Part shown: piece by piece, positions 1 through 12,319 of the stretch
Numbering within the stretch: the first letter of the stretch is position 1
Layout: each line of letters starts with the position of its first letter
DNA from: Octopus vulgaris
Taxonomy: Eukaryota
DNA length: 64,000 nt
Reading direction: 5' to 3'
Assembly: GCA_951406725.2 (NCBI GenBank)
Contig: OX597833.1
Coordinates: forward strand, 47,492,001 to 47,556,000
Position numbers and translations under genes: made by a program
Notes under the pieces: generated by a model
What the model saw: the letters and a program-made list of their open reading frames with translations, nothing else
Told to the model about the DNA's origin: nothing
Databases searched by the model: none

Positions 1-180
1 AACCGATGCTGGTGTGTTTACATCCCCGTCACTTAGCGGTTCGGCAAAAGAGACCGATAGAATAAGTACTAGGCTTACAAAGAATAAGTTCTGAGGTCGA
101 TGTGCTCGACTAAAGGCGGTGCTCCAGCATGACCGTAGTCAAATGACTGAAACAAGCAAAAGAGTAAAAGAGTAAAGAGT
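1..180 (+). mobile_element. 3' part of tRNA-derived SINE family A
   Basis: Same 3' sequence (…ggtgctccagcatg…aaatgactgaaacaag…(taaaagag)n) as copies at 445-910, 16028-16441 and 60608-61018. Confidence 0.85.
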
Positions 181-632
181 TATCAAAGCAAAAGTCCTCA
201 CTGGCTGTGGTAAGGGAGACACTGTATTCATACGTAGAATACCACTAATACCAACAGATGTCCCCTTTCGTTTCAAGCGATTGCAATTCCCAGTGAGGGT
301 CAGTTACGCAAGTCTCAAAGTAAAACACTGGAGATTGTCGGTCTCCGTCTAGAAGAGGGCTGTTTCTCACATGGTCAATTGTATGTAGGTTGTTCCAGAG
401 TGGGAAGCCCACAGATTCTTCATATATGCATGAGTGGCTGTGTTAGGCGAAGGAGTGGCTGCGTGGTAAGTTGCTTGCTTACGAACCACATGGTTCTGGG
501 TTCAGTCCCACTGCGTGGCACCTTGGGCAAGTGTCTTCTACTATAGCCTCGGGCCGACCAAAGCCTTGTGAGTGGATTTGGTAGACGGAAACTGAAAGAA
601 GCCCATCGTATATATGTATGTATATATATATG

Positions 633-705
<73 letters not shown>

Positions 706-1180
706 ATTTGTGTATCTGTGCTTGTTCCCTCAACATCGCTTGACAACCGACGCTGGTGTGTTTACGTCCCCGTCACTTAGCAGTTCGGCAAGAGAACCCG
801 ATAGAATAAGTACTAGGCTTACAAAGAATAAGTCTTGGGGTCGATTTGCTCGACTAAAGGCGGTGCTCCAGCATGGCCGCAGTCAAATGACTGAAACAAA
901 TAAAAGAAAAAAAATACGTTCCAAAGAAAAATGTTTAAAACATTGTATATGCTGAGGTTTTGTAAATGTGTTATAATTTTCGTACAATACATTTCTCTGT
1001 TATTATCTATATTACTTTCCGTATCTCGATATTCTAAATAAATTTGTAAAATTATGTTCTGCAACATTTAAATACTTTTTAACAATTTTTCTTGTAAGGA
1101 AAATGGGCATTATGATAGTTGCCAATATGTGCCTTATGAATACATTTCAACACCGGGCCGAAGGCCGGGGGGCCCGCTAG
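181..1180 (+). mobile_element. Helitron 3' fragment (RepHel PIF1-like helicase C-terminus and 3' end), interrupted by a SINE
   Basis: 181-430 translates, with a frameshift, to IKAKVLTGCGKGDTVFIRRIPLIPTDVPFRFKRLQFPVRVSYA…SQSKTLEIVGLRLEEGCFSHGQLYVGCSRVG. It resumes as NIVYAEVL* near 940-965. A GC-rich hairpin (ccgggccgaaggccggggggcccg) is followed by CTAG at 1177-1180, then T. Confidence 0.9.
445..910 (+). mobile_element. Full-length tRNA-derived SINE family A with internal (TG)n
   Basis: tRNA-like head with A/B-box-like motifs (tggctgcgtgg…ggttcagtcc), central microsatellite and shared 3' tail; more than 10 related copies in the window. Confidence 0.85.
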
Positions 1181-1182
1181 TA

Positions 1183-1603
1183 TATACTTACTTACTTGTA
1201 CTTGTGGCGACATTCACCTTGGGCGGGTTGAGTCGGCTTCTTCTACCACCCTCGAGGCATCTCGAACCATGGCGGTGGAAGAAGTTTCGTGGGAATATGT
1301 GGATTTCACAAGCGGTCCCCAACAATCCCGCACGTAGAGACATCCTATTTGCCGCAGATTGTCCGCAGACGCAGGGACAGAACGACCGAGGAGCCGCCGT
1401 TTGCCGAAGCAGACACTCCGAGGATTTTCACCAGAGCCCCCCCCCCCCCCGTCTGCCGGGTTGTGGCCCTAATACCACTCGGTGTCAGACCAATCCGCCT
1501 TGGGTGGCCCTACCAGGAACCGAAGTTCCCGACGGCATAGCTCTGACACTACCCGTTGCGCCAGCGTCCCCACCACGGTGAGGAGGGGATGGATTTTAGG
1601 GAC
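1183..1603 (-). mobile_element. Short non-autonomous RTE-related retroelement (RTE/BovB-type 5'UTR plus (caagta)n tail)
   Basis: The minus strand carries gagctatgccg…ggtagggccacccaaggcgga, resembling RTE/BovB 5'UTRs as recalled (no search run). It ends gtcgccacaagtacaagtaagtaagta. Confidence 0.6.
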
Positions 1604-1737
1604 AAAATAAGAATGTGCGTGGTGTTACGCTAAATGATATGTTAACAAATTACATTGCTGAACAACAAGCGGAAAATACACACATAGGATGTTGCTAAAC
1701 TCTCGTCAGTTATCGTCCAAAGGACGTTTGTTGTGCT

Positions 1738-1777
<40 letters not shown>

Positions 1778-1789
1778 TAAGGGTAAATG

Positions 1790-2100
1790 GTAAAGACCCT
1801 CACCGGTCATGACTATCCATAGGATTGCACCTAGAAAGTAAACCTCCCAGGCACAAGTCCGGGCAAGCTTGTTTGTGGAAGACCAGCAGTCGCCCATGCA
1901 CACCAGCCTCCTATCTCCATGCCACCGATGTTATCCAAAGGAAAGACAAAAGTTGATACAGCTTGGCACCTGTGATGTCGCAACTCATTTCTACATCTGA
2001 GTGAACTGGAGCAACGTGAAATAAAGTGTCTTGCTCAAGAACACAACTCACAGCTCGGTGCGAGTCCGCTGCCCTAACCACTGGGCCATTGCGCCTCCAC
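1790..2100 (-). mobile_element. tRNA-derived SINE family D
   Basis: Body shared with 23240-23570 and 36360-36697 (gttcttgagcaagacactttatttc…ccagttcactcag); tRNA-like head. Confidence 0.75.
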
Positions 2101-3601
2101 ACAGGTGTTGCTGTTGCAGATGTGCAAGATGAAAGAACAGTGAGCGAAGTTGTAAAAGAAATATTTAGTTACTGCTACTTGATATAATGCCACGCCTCGA
2201 CGGGCAGGCGTGATATAATTGAAACCGCATGCGAGGTTAAGAAAGTGGATCTTTTCACCTTGACCGGCAGATTTTAAAAATAATTTCTTTGTAACTAAAC
2301 ACTTTTAAATTTCGTTTTCCTGTAATGTGCTACATAAAACATCTGTTTCTTTTGGCTTTCTTGAGAAAATTCTGTAGTTTGTAAGCTATTTGTTGTTTAA
2401 TTGCTTGCATTTCGGCAATTTCAACCAATCAATGACGTCTATTGGGCTGAACAAATAACTATGATTAATAAAATTAAGATAGCTTTAAACATTTAAACTT
2501 CTCCAACACTGTGGCGATGAAAGAAAACTTACTGTATATGGATGCACGTCGGATAAAATGCTTAGCAGCATTTCGTCCGTCTTTACGTTCTGAGTTCATA
2601 TTCCGTCTAGGTTGACGTTGCCTTTCATCCTTTCGGGGTCGATAAAATAAGTACCGGTCGAGCACTGGGGTCGATGTAATCGACTTAGCCCCTCTGCCGA
2701 AATTGTAAGCCTTGTGCCAAAATTTGAAACCAATATTACGACAAATATATGTGACAGCAAAAAATTCTTACGCTAAAAATGTTTACGTTAAAAATTAATT
2801 TTTCCTACAGCGAAAATGTTAACGGTAGAAATACCTACCACGAAAGAGGAGCTTCAAGATCCCGTACTCGTGTGTATGTGTGTGTGAATATATTATGCTT
2901 TCACAATTTATTCCCCTATTTGATATATCAGTACCAGTCTAAGTTAACTATCGTTCATGCTCGTCCACACCTAAAAGTTAATTCTGAAAAACACTTGAAA
3001 TATTCGTATGTATTTGTTTATCTCTGTGTATGAGTTTGGGTATCTCTGTACTTCTCTGTTTTTTTGGGGGGGTGAGATATAATAAGCATTTACGAGAATA
3101 ATAGGGCAACAGAAAAGATAGGGACTAAGCTAAACGCCTGGCAATGAAAAACTCAAATCACCCACTTAAAAAAAATCGCAAAAAATCTTATACTACAATA
3201 ACTAGCAAGCAAATAGGAAATATCCTATTTCAGTTCTTTATAAATAATACCCTTTATAAACATTTTCGAGTGAAAAAAATTGAGGCTACTTTCTGTTAAA
3301 ACATGACATCATCGCATGACATTTCCCCCCCACTCCATTAACGCTTTTGATATGACGAATTATAATTTTCCCATCGAATACGAACTGTTATAATTTTCAC
3401 ATCGAATAAATACTGTTGGCGATTTCTTCTCCTTTTTTGGACTTACCCCTCTCCTTTCCAACGAAGAGCTATGCTCGAAACATCAAAAACTCTCTCCTTT
3501 TACTGAGCGTGTAACTAATACATTCCTTGTGCACATCCTCTTGTTGTCTCTTATTGTTAATTCTATTATTTGTTTACTTAACTTAATTGTTCATTTGAAT
3601 T

Positions 3602-3666
<65 letters not shown>

Positions 3667-3860
3667 GCAAAATTTTTTATGTGAAGTCGTGTGTTGAAAC
3701 ATATATTGTTATATTTCGGAATGGTCATTTTGTCAGTTTAGCCAATAAAATAAGATTAAGATTAATGTAAAAAATAAATAACACTGAAGCAAAGTAACAA
3801 CAAATATATAGTGCGTGTGTTTTTATTGGCTAAACTGACAAAATGACCATTCCGAAATAT

Positions 3861-3891
<31 letters not shown>

Positions 3892-3897
<6 letters not shown>

Positions 3898-4794
3898 CAT
3901 CCCATAAATAATGCATTTTTTAATACTTATTTTATTTTTCAAAATTAAGATAAACAAAGTTCTTTTTTCATCCAAAATATACTTTCCTTCATTTTCAACA
4001 ATGCTCTTCCATCTATCTGGTAGACTTGCTAGGCCCCTCTTCCAAAATTCACTTGTCCGTGTCGAAAAATACTCCTCCAGTACTGTTCCGACCTCATCTA
4101 CAGAATTCATATTTTTTTCTGTCCAAATGATTTTGAAGACTGCGGAATAATGATAATCAGATGGGGTAATGTCCGGCAAATATGGTGGATGGGGCATTAT
4201 TTCCCATTCAAACCACTCCAGCATTTGGAATGTCATCCTCGCTGTATGTGACCGCTCTACTAAACTCGGAAAGTTTGTGAGGATCCCAATGATCCAATTT
4301 GCTGACTTTTCCAATGGCATGCCGGTGTCGATGAATGGTTGAATGACCAAATCCAAGCTTCTCTGCTAGTTCCTCAATAGTTACAATGGAATTTTGTTCC
4401 ACCAGGGCTTGCAGGTCGTCCTCCTCGAGCTCTACAGATCTTGCAGGACGAGGCTCGTCTTCTAGGCTATAGTTTCCGGTTCGGAATTTCTGGAACCACC
4501 GTTGACACTGGCTTACGATTATTGTCCGATTCCCATATACTGCATTAATATTCCTCGCACTTTCCGTTGCGTTGTTGCTTTTATTGAACTCATAAAGCAA
4601 AATATGCCAAGTATGCTCCTTTGTCACTTCCATTATAGCTCGAATTGCACTTTTCTAAACTTGCACTAAGAACAAAGACAAGGTAAAATTACTACCTGCT
4701 TTTATAGCAAGTTGATGCAGGTAGTTTATTCCGCCCCCTTCAACTTTTAATTCATGGACTTGGAAAAAACCGCATCATTTATGGGATGATCCAA
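3892..4794 (-). mobile_element. Internally deleted mariner element (defective transposase)
   Basis: TIRs ttggatcatcccataaat…/…atttatgggatgatccaa. ORFs 4208-4633 and 3823-4356 give the HTH region, W(D)PHKL and HPPYLPDITPSDYH motifs; the middle of the catalytic domain is missing. Confidence 0.93.
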
Positions 4795-4825
4795 TGTGAC
4801 GAGCACAAATGGATTATATATATAT

Positions 4826-4944
<119 letters not shown>

Positions 4945-5710
4945 TACATACATGCATGCATACATAATGCATACTTACATGCATCATGCATACATATGTG
5001 TATATATATATATTTACATATATATACACACATATACCATACATGATATATATATGTGTGTGTGTGTGTACGTGTGTGTATGTGTATGTATGTGTATATA
5101 TGTATATATGTGTGTGTGTTTGTGTGCATGGGCGTGAAATCAGAGTATATAGGCAAAACCGTATGGTAGGTGGGAACAGCAGATGTAGGCGATAATATCG
5201 CAGAAATTTGTTCTAAACAAGCATCCATCAGAAAGAATACGTTGTTTGAGAACAGCAAATTGAAATTGGGAAGAAATAATTGAGATAACATAAATGTATT
5301 TTTTATGAATTCGTATTTTTTTGTTAAAAATTCATTTGTTTCATTCGGAAATACAGCGTTATAAAGAAAAAAACCTCCCCAAAACACAAAGAATTAGGAT
5401 AGATGGGAATAATATTTTATTCATAAAAATGATTATGGTTATGGAATTAAATGATTAACCGATTTTCTTTTATTCAAAAACCTGCTTTCCCCTCATAAAT
5501 TCATAATGGTACCAATTGTACTTATAAGGGACTCTAAGGGAAATTACCAGCAAATATTTGAAATATGTATAATGCAGGAAAAAAAAACAGAAGAAAAACA
5601 AGAAACTGATGATTCATTAAATATTTACGCTGCAAAATCATTTGCTTTATATATACGTTACATCATCAATAATCATTTTTTCATATCGTCAGTTTTTGTT
5701 TGCTTTATCG

Positions 5711-6070
5711 TGGAGGCGCAATGGCCCAGTGGTTAGGACAACGGACTCGCGGTCATAGGATCGTGGTTTCGATTCCCAGACCGGGCGTTGTGAGTGTTTA
5801 TTGAGCGAAAACACCTAAAAAGCTCCACGTGGCTCCGGCAGGGGATGGTGGTGATTCCTGCTGTACTCTTTCACCACAACTTTCTCTCACTCTTACTTCC
5901 TGTTTCTGTTGTACCTGTGTCATGCTGAATATCCCCGAGAACTACGTTAGGGGTGCACGTGTCTGTGGAGTGCTCAGCCACTTACACGTTAATTTCACGA
6001 GCAGGCTGTTCCGTTGATTCGGATCAACCGGAACCCTCATCGTCGTAACCGACGGAGTACTTCCATCCAT
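5711..6070 (+). mobile_element. tRNA-derived SINE family C
   Basis: Head ggaggcgcaatggcccagtggttagg…ggtttcgattcc; a related copy lies at 59451-59750 and minus-strand relatives at 10690-10958 and 11250-11342. Confidence 0.8.
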
Positions 6071-6098
6071 TTTGTTTGCTTTATTATTAATTATTAAT

Positions 6099-6370
6099 TA
6101 TGGTGGGTGGGGCATCATTTCCCATTCAAATTGCTCCAGGCTTTGGAATGTAATCTTCGCTGTATGTGATCGCGCTACTAAACTAGGAAAGTTTGTGAGG
6201 AACCCAATGATCCAATTTGCTGACTTTCCCAATGGCATACCGGTGTCGATGAATGGTTGAATGACCAAATCCAAGCTTCTCTGCTAGCTCCTCAATAGTT
6301 ACGATGGGATTTTGTTCCACCAGGGCTTGCAGGTTGTCCTCGTCGAGCTCTACAGATCTTCCAGGCTCTG
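6099..6370 (-). mobile_element. Mariner transposase fragment (same family as 3892-4794)
   Basis: EPGRSVELDEDNLQALVEQNPIVTIEELAEKLGFGHSTIHRH…WVPHKL, nearly identical to 4180-4450. Confidence 0.9.
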
Positions 6371-6520
6371 AATGGACTCGTCCATGTCGATATCTATGAT
6401 CTGAAAAGGGTCCAAGATCCAAAGTGGGATTTCCAGATCTGACAAATCCTGAAACACAGTATCACGTCAGCTTCAACGCTCTTGAGATGCTCGGTGAAAA
6501 GGGAAGCATATCAGATGGGT
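6370..6520 (-). mobile_element. hAT (Charlie/Buster-like) transposase fragment
   Basis: Minus-strand reading EHLKSVEADV…FQDLSDLEIPLWILDPF resembles this region of Charlie-type transposases. Confidence 0.5.
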
Positions 6521-6832
6521 ATCCTCCCAGTTCTCTAAGGCTCTCGGGTGTTATATGTCATGCTTTTCTTGTAATTGTTTGGTTCCCTAACAGCCTGGCA
6601 ATTACGGCATTTCTCTTTAACTGGATGCTAAATTTTCTTTGTACAGTTTACTTACGATTATATACGCCCCACGCAAGCTGACGAGTGTAGCAAAACAGTT
6701 ACACTTGCGACGAATTCGGAAAGGTTTCTCTGTATTTAGAACAAAGAAACCCATCTTTTTACATTGCACGAACTATACTAATATTCATGAATGCATTTTG
6801 TAGAAAAAAAGTAACGGATTGAAGTTTTAAAT

Positions 6833-7893
6833 AAGTGGTTCCCAAACTTGCCCAAACTATCGACACCATGTTTATTGCGGTAAGAAGGTACGTGAAGGAA
6901 AATTGACGTCTTTCGTCATCTAATCTTAGTTGATCAAAACGTAGTTCTGAAAAGCATTTTATTTTTTGATAGAAACGTAGTTCTGAATAGCATTTTTTAT
7001 CATTAAGCATGTAGTTAATGTGAAGGATGAAATTGGTACTTGGTCAAGAGTTCTTCAATATTGGGCTTCATAACGGTAAGGCGAAATCGCAGGTCTCCTC
7101 TCTGCACAATATCCAGGCGATTTCTCGACTTGTTAAGAATCTGGGACAACACACTGAAACCTCTTTCAACTAATACAGTTTTATATTTAAGAGATGAGGA
7201 ATTATGTACATCATTTACATTTGACGGATATTTGTCCTCATCCTGATTTTTTTAAATGGTTGTTCTATAAAAGAGTTATCCGGCTGAATGCACGATCTTA
7301 TGCATTATGGCTGTACTGAAATGGAGTTGCTATGTTAATGATTGAATGCTGAAGAGATGCGTATTACCGTCACACATTGATCAACACTGACAAAACAGTG
7401 AAATCTTGCGAACTGATCAAATTCTAAGCGCCAACTAGTTGAAGCTAAGTTTTTGGCACCAAACAGCGGACAATCGTAAACGAGGCATTAACCCGTATTA
7501 CTACGCCTACAGCGATGCAGCACCCGAATCACTCACTACAGGGTTAGACTACGCCAGAGAGAAAATAATTTCATCATATTTCATCATACTCAATGAACAT
7601 GTGGATAAAATCTCGTGGTATGTTTTATCTGAATCATTTTTTCAATTCATTCTGGATATCCTTGTCATTTTGTCATTCCCAGTATGAAGATCTCATCAAG
7701 GGAATTAAGACAAACGTGACATTTAAACGTGTTCATTTTTTTCGTTAGCCTTTCACAACTTGCCTTTCCACACCCTTTTCTCAAGTTTTATTCCATCCAC
7801 CCACCCACTTAACACCCTAGTAACCTTTCAGCGCCCACTTGGAAACTCTTACCGACCCCCAGGGGGCAGTACCGCCCACTTTGGGAACCAGTG
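6833..7893 (-). mobile_element. Non-autonomous hAT (Charlie/Buster-like) element
   Basis: Termini aagtggttcccaaa / tttgggaaccagtg with an imperfect 8-bp TSD (ttttaaat/ttttaagt). Minus-strand 7015-7170 reads VERGFSVLSQILNKSRNRLDIVQRGDLRFRLTVMKPNIEELLTKYQFHPSH*, a hAT C-terminal dimerisation region. Confidence 0.85.
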
Positions 7894-8909
7894 TTTTAAG
7901 TAACCGAATGACCTTCACTGTCCATTAAGTTCATTTGTTTTCTGGTACGACTGAAAGAAAATTTATGACTAGTGGTACACTTAATGACGGACACTGGGTG
8001 GGATGATATTTTCAGGTTAGCCTATACATCCTTTTCACTGAAGGAAGCATCTTCTTACTTGCATTATCAGTTCCACAAGAAAATTTGAGCATTCAGATTT
8101 AAATCTAGCAAAACCATCAATAATTGAATGTTGAGCTTTTCAGGCCAACAATTTCAGAAGAGAGATATGTCGGTTACATGGCCCCTCAGGGCTCAACTTC
8201 TACTTATTTTATCGATTCCAAAAGGATGAAGGGCAAAGTCGACCTCGGTGGAATTTGAACCCAGAACGTTCTTCCCTACCTTGCAGGGGTTGATTTCAGC
8301 TATCAAAAACATCTTTGATAAAACAGGCAAGACTACCTATTTCTTTACTACCCACAAGGGGTTAAACACAGAGAGGACAAACAAGGACAGACAAACGGAT
8401 TAAGTCGATTATATCGACCCCAGTGCGTAACTGGTACTTATTTAATCGACCCCGAAAGGATGAAGGGCAAAGTCGACCTCGGTGGAATTTGAACCCAGAA
8501 CGTTCTTTCCTACCTTGCAGGGGTTGATTTCAGCTACCAAAAAACATCTTTGATAAAACAGGCAAGAATACCGTCATATTTGCTTAAGAGTAAACACACT
8601 GAATACAGCAATGCAATCGATATAAACATTGTATCATCGACTGATATCCCGTTCATCTTTTTATTTCTTCGCTAGAAATTTTCTTTTTCTTTTTCTTTTT
8701 TTTTTTTTTTTTTTGTTTGGCCACTATCATATAATTTTCTAGCTCTGTCAACTCGTCTATCTTCGATCCTGCTTGAAAGTAAAGCAGCGGGGAGTCCAAT
8801 TGTTCTAATACGACTTCAATTGCTTCTTTTTTTTACGTGATATAATCTTGTTTGAGTGAACTTTGGAATTTTATTCTTTCCTGTCTCGTTTTGAATACTT
8901 TTCATATCG

Positions 8910-9190
8910 TTCTATATTTAAGAGATGAGGAATTATGTACATTATTTACATTATTTTCATTTGATGGATATTTGTCCTCATCTTGTTTGTTGTTAACACA
9001 ACGTTTCGGCTGATATAATCGCCAGCCTTCATCAGGTGTCTTGAGGAAATTTCGAACCTGGGTTCTCATTCTTAAGGTATTTTTCGTTGTTGTTGTTACT
9101 ATTATTATTATTATTATTCAGGTCACTGCCTGGAATCGAACTCGGAATCTTGGGGTTAGTAACCCGCTCTCTTAACCACTACGGCATATC
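8910..9190 (-). mobile_element. tRNA-headed short element carrying a minimal hammerhead motif
   Basis: Minus strand: A-box-like tgccgtagtgg, B-box gttcgattcc, (taa)n linker, hammerhead motif at 9040-8995, then a tail that also occurs at 7180-7245. Confidence 0.7.
8995..9040 (-). ncRNA. Minimal type I hammerhead ribozyme motif (Penelope-type)
   Basis: GACAC CUGAUGA A GGCUG(gcgauuauau)CAGCC GAAA CG UU GUGUU: stem I GACAC/GUGUU, intact core, 5-bp stem II, palindromic AACGUU stem III. Confidence 0.75.
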
Positions 9191-9531
9191 ATTCCGAAAT
9201 TATTTAGGCGTTTACTACTTCGAGTAAAGTAAGACGTTAAATCTTTGTAAATAACTCTAGACACGAAGAAAAAATTTACCAGCATGACTCGAACAAAAGA
9301 CAGACATAATCTCTAACGGAAACAGACAAACAATCCTTTGATTAGATTCTGAAATTCACTTTTGTTACCGACCGTTTGGAGCAATTATCACTTGCAAATC
9401 CCATTATGTTATTCGGGATAATGCTCTGTTTGGATGAAACAAAATTTTACGGCTTTATAAAGACCTTTCGACGAATATTTTTTTCATTATAAAAGCATCC
9501 AGCAAAGCATCTTTGATATTAAGGGCTTTCA

Positions 9532-9590
<59 letters not shown>

Positions 9591-9592
<2 letters not shown>

Positions 9593-10183
9593 GCCCTGAT
9601 GCAGTATAAATGCCCTGATGCAGTACCATAAATGCCCTGATGCATTACCAAGCAGCGGCTCTCATGGCTTCTGATCTTAACTGACTGGAAGTGTTATCAT
9701 GTACATTGTTTTGTCATGGTGTAAAAGATAGGCTACAGCAAACATTCTGCTCAATACCACAGATTTGCTTGTCAGTTGCTTGACTGTAACCAGTTGAGCA
9801 CGTCCCTTAGTGGCTGACGATATCTCTGATCACGAGCAGAAGTAGTGGGGGAGAATCATAGCCATGTGTTGAGAGGGATTCTTTATGGTTTGGATAATTC
9901 ACCTCAGGAAACATGGGTGTTTCATTCAACATCCTTAAACAACCCTCAATCGGGAACCTTTTGAGTGGGATGGGTTACCCAACCAGAAGAAAATTCTAAC
10001 TGGGCCCCACCCGCAAGGTCATGCGCTATTTATCTTGTTATGAGATCACCATGTCGCGCACATATGGTTGTGATGCATGTGCCTGGTGTACCCTTATCAG
10101 ACGGGTAGTCATGATGGGTATACTGGGCTTCGTATATTTACCCCAGTGTCACTTTGATGGAATGCACTGCTCTCTCACTCGAA
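9591..10183. mobile_element. Non-autonomous element inserted in (TAA)n, probably mobilised by R4/Dong
   Basis: Flanked by (TAA)n on both sides; partial copies at 10198-10490, 11070-11250, 24400-24630 and 35555-35855, most abutting TAA tracts. Confidence 0.65.
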
Positions 10184-11454
10184 AATAATAATAATAAAAA
10201 GATAGGCTACAGCAAATATTCTGCTCAATACCACATATTTGCGTGTCAGTTGTTTGACCGTAACCAGTTGAGCATGTCCCTTAGTGACTGACGATATGTG
10301 CATCTCTGATCACAAGCAGAAGTAGTGGGGGAGCATCATAGCCGTGTGTTGAAAGGAATTCTTAGAGGTTTGGATAATTTACCTTTGGAAAAATGGGTGA
10401 TTCATTCAACATCCTTAAACAATCCTTATTCAGGGACCTTTTGAGCGGGATGGATTACTCGATCAGAAGAAAATTCTAACTGAACTAACTGAACTGCATA
10501 ATAATAATAATAATAATAATAATAGTGCTGGAGTCGGAGAGATGCAAGAGCTTATGGGATTTCCCTCTTCAAACGGATAAGAAGTTAGAAAATAAACCAG
10601 TCATAACAATAATAGACAAGGAAAAGTGGAGTTGCTTACTTCATCATGTCCAGCTGATTCCAGGATTTGGAAGGAAGAGGATGAAAATGTCTGGCTCATA
10701 GGGCCGGTTTCCTTGGCGTGTAGGTTCCCCATTTGGACGGGACGCCGGTCCGTCGCAGGTGAGCTGCAAGCTGCAGGAGGAAAGAGTGAGAAAGTTGTGG
10801 CGAACGAGTCAGCAGAAGTTCGCCATTACCTTCTGCCAGAGCCGCGTGGAGCTTAGGTGTTTCGCTCATAAACACACACATCGCCCGGTCTGAGATTCGA
10901 ACCCGCGATCCCTCGACCGCGAGTTCGCTGTTCTAACCACTAGGCCATGTGCCTCCACTTTTTAAAATATAGTTCCTTAAAATCTGAAATATTATACCAC
11001 CGTGGTCGATTTTAGCATTCATCCTCTCGTATGTGCCAAAAATTGAAATTATCATCATCATCATTATTATTGAGTAAGAGAGCAGCGCATGCCATCAAGG
11101 TGATACTGGGGTACAAATATACAAAGCCCAATATATCCACCTTGACTACCCGTATGATAAGGATACACCAGCCATCACAACCATATGTGCGCGACATGGT
11201 AATCTCATATCAAGATAAACAGCACATGACCTTGCTTGCAGGTGAGGCTCATGAACAAACACATCTCCCGGTCTGAGATTCGAACCTGCGATCCCTCGAC
11301 CGCGAGTCCGCTGCTCTAACCACTAGGCCATGTGCCGCCACCTGTTGTAAGTAGAACGAAAGAAAAGAAAAACGAAAAGAAAATAGAGTGAAAAGTGAAA
11401 AGTGAAAAGTTCCGAAATGTTTTTTTTATATAGACTATAGGCTATATTTTCGGA

Positions 11455-11966
11455 ACTTTTCACTTTGACCGGCAGATTTTTAAAATAATTTCTAGGTAAT
11501 TATTTTAAACTTAGTATACTGGTAGAATGTGTTTATAAAACATCTTTTTCTCTTGGCTTTCTTGAGAAAATTCTGTAGTTTGTAAGATATTTGTTATTTA
11601 ATTGGATCTTTTCACTTTGACCGGCAGATTTTTAAAATAATTTCTATGTTACTAAAAAATTTTAAACTTCGTATACTGATAGAATGTGTTTATAAACATC
11701 TTTTTCTCTTGGCTTTCTTGAGAAAATTCTGTAGTTTGTAACATATTTGTTGTTTAATTGGATCTTTTCACTTTGACCGGCAGATTTTTAAAATAATTTC
11801 TATGTAACTAAAAAATTTTAAACTTCGTATACTGGTAGATTGTGTTTATAAAACATCTTTTTCTCTTGGCTTTCTTGAGAAAATTCTGTAGTTTGTAACA
11901 TATTTGTTGTTTAATTTCTTGCATTTCGGCAATTTTAAAAATCTGCTGGTCAAAGTGAAAAGATCC
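11455..11966. repeat. Three tandem ~157-bp units of a GGATC-terminated MITE
   Basis: cttttcactttgaccggcagattttt recurs near 11456, 11608 and 11764; the block closes with the inverted end aaaatctgctggtcaaagtgaaaagatcc. Confidence 0.8.
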
Positions 11967-12319
11967 AACATTTCTACTTATGATTAAACAATAACGTAGC
12001 AGCTTTAGTTATATCATATTAAAATTGAAGCCTTGAATAAGATGTAAAATGTCCGGCAAAAGCACTTCCAAAAATAACTATTTAAAGTATACTAATAATT
12101 ATTTATTCGTAAATTTCCATTGTTTAAGGAAGTGCTAATTTCCTGATTTTTAGTCTCGTGTTTTGAGGACTGAATTACTGCACTGACTAACTTAACAAGG
12201 ATTGGCAACATACGTAATCACATTTACACTATTATGCATTTTATTTATAATTATTGTCTGGTTTTTAAAAATCGTTTTCGTAATAAAAATTTGTTAACTG
12301 ACTCATTACTCCAAAGGTC

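Noticed and set aside
1129-1581. 150-aa GC-rich ORF
   Set aside because: Spans a Helitron end and the antisense strand of a retroelement; no recognisable domain.
5711-5790. tRNA genes (also at 9120-9190, 10880-10958, 23495-23570 and 59451-59530)
   Set aside because: tRNA-derived SINE heads that continue into repeat bodies; cloverleaves are imperfect.
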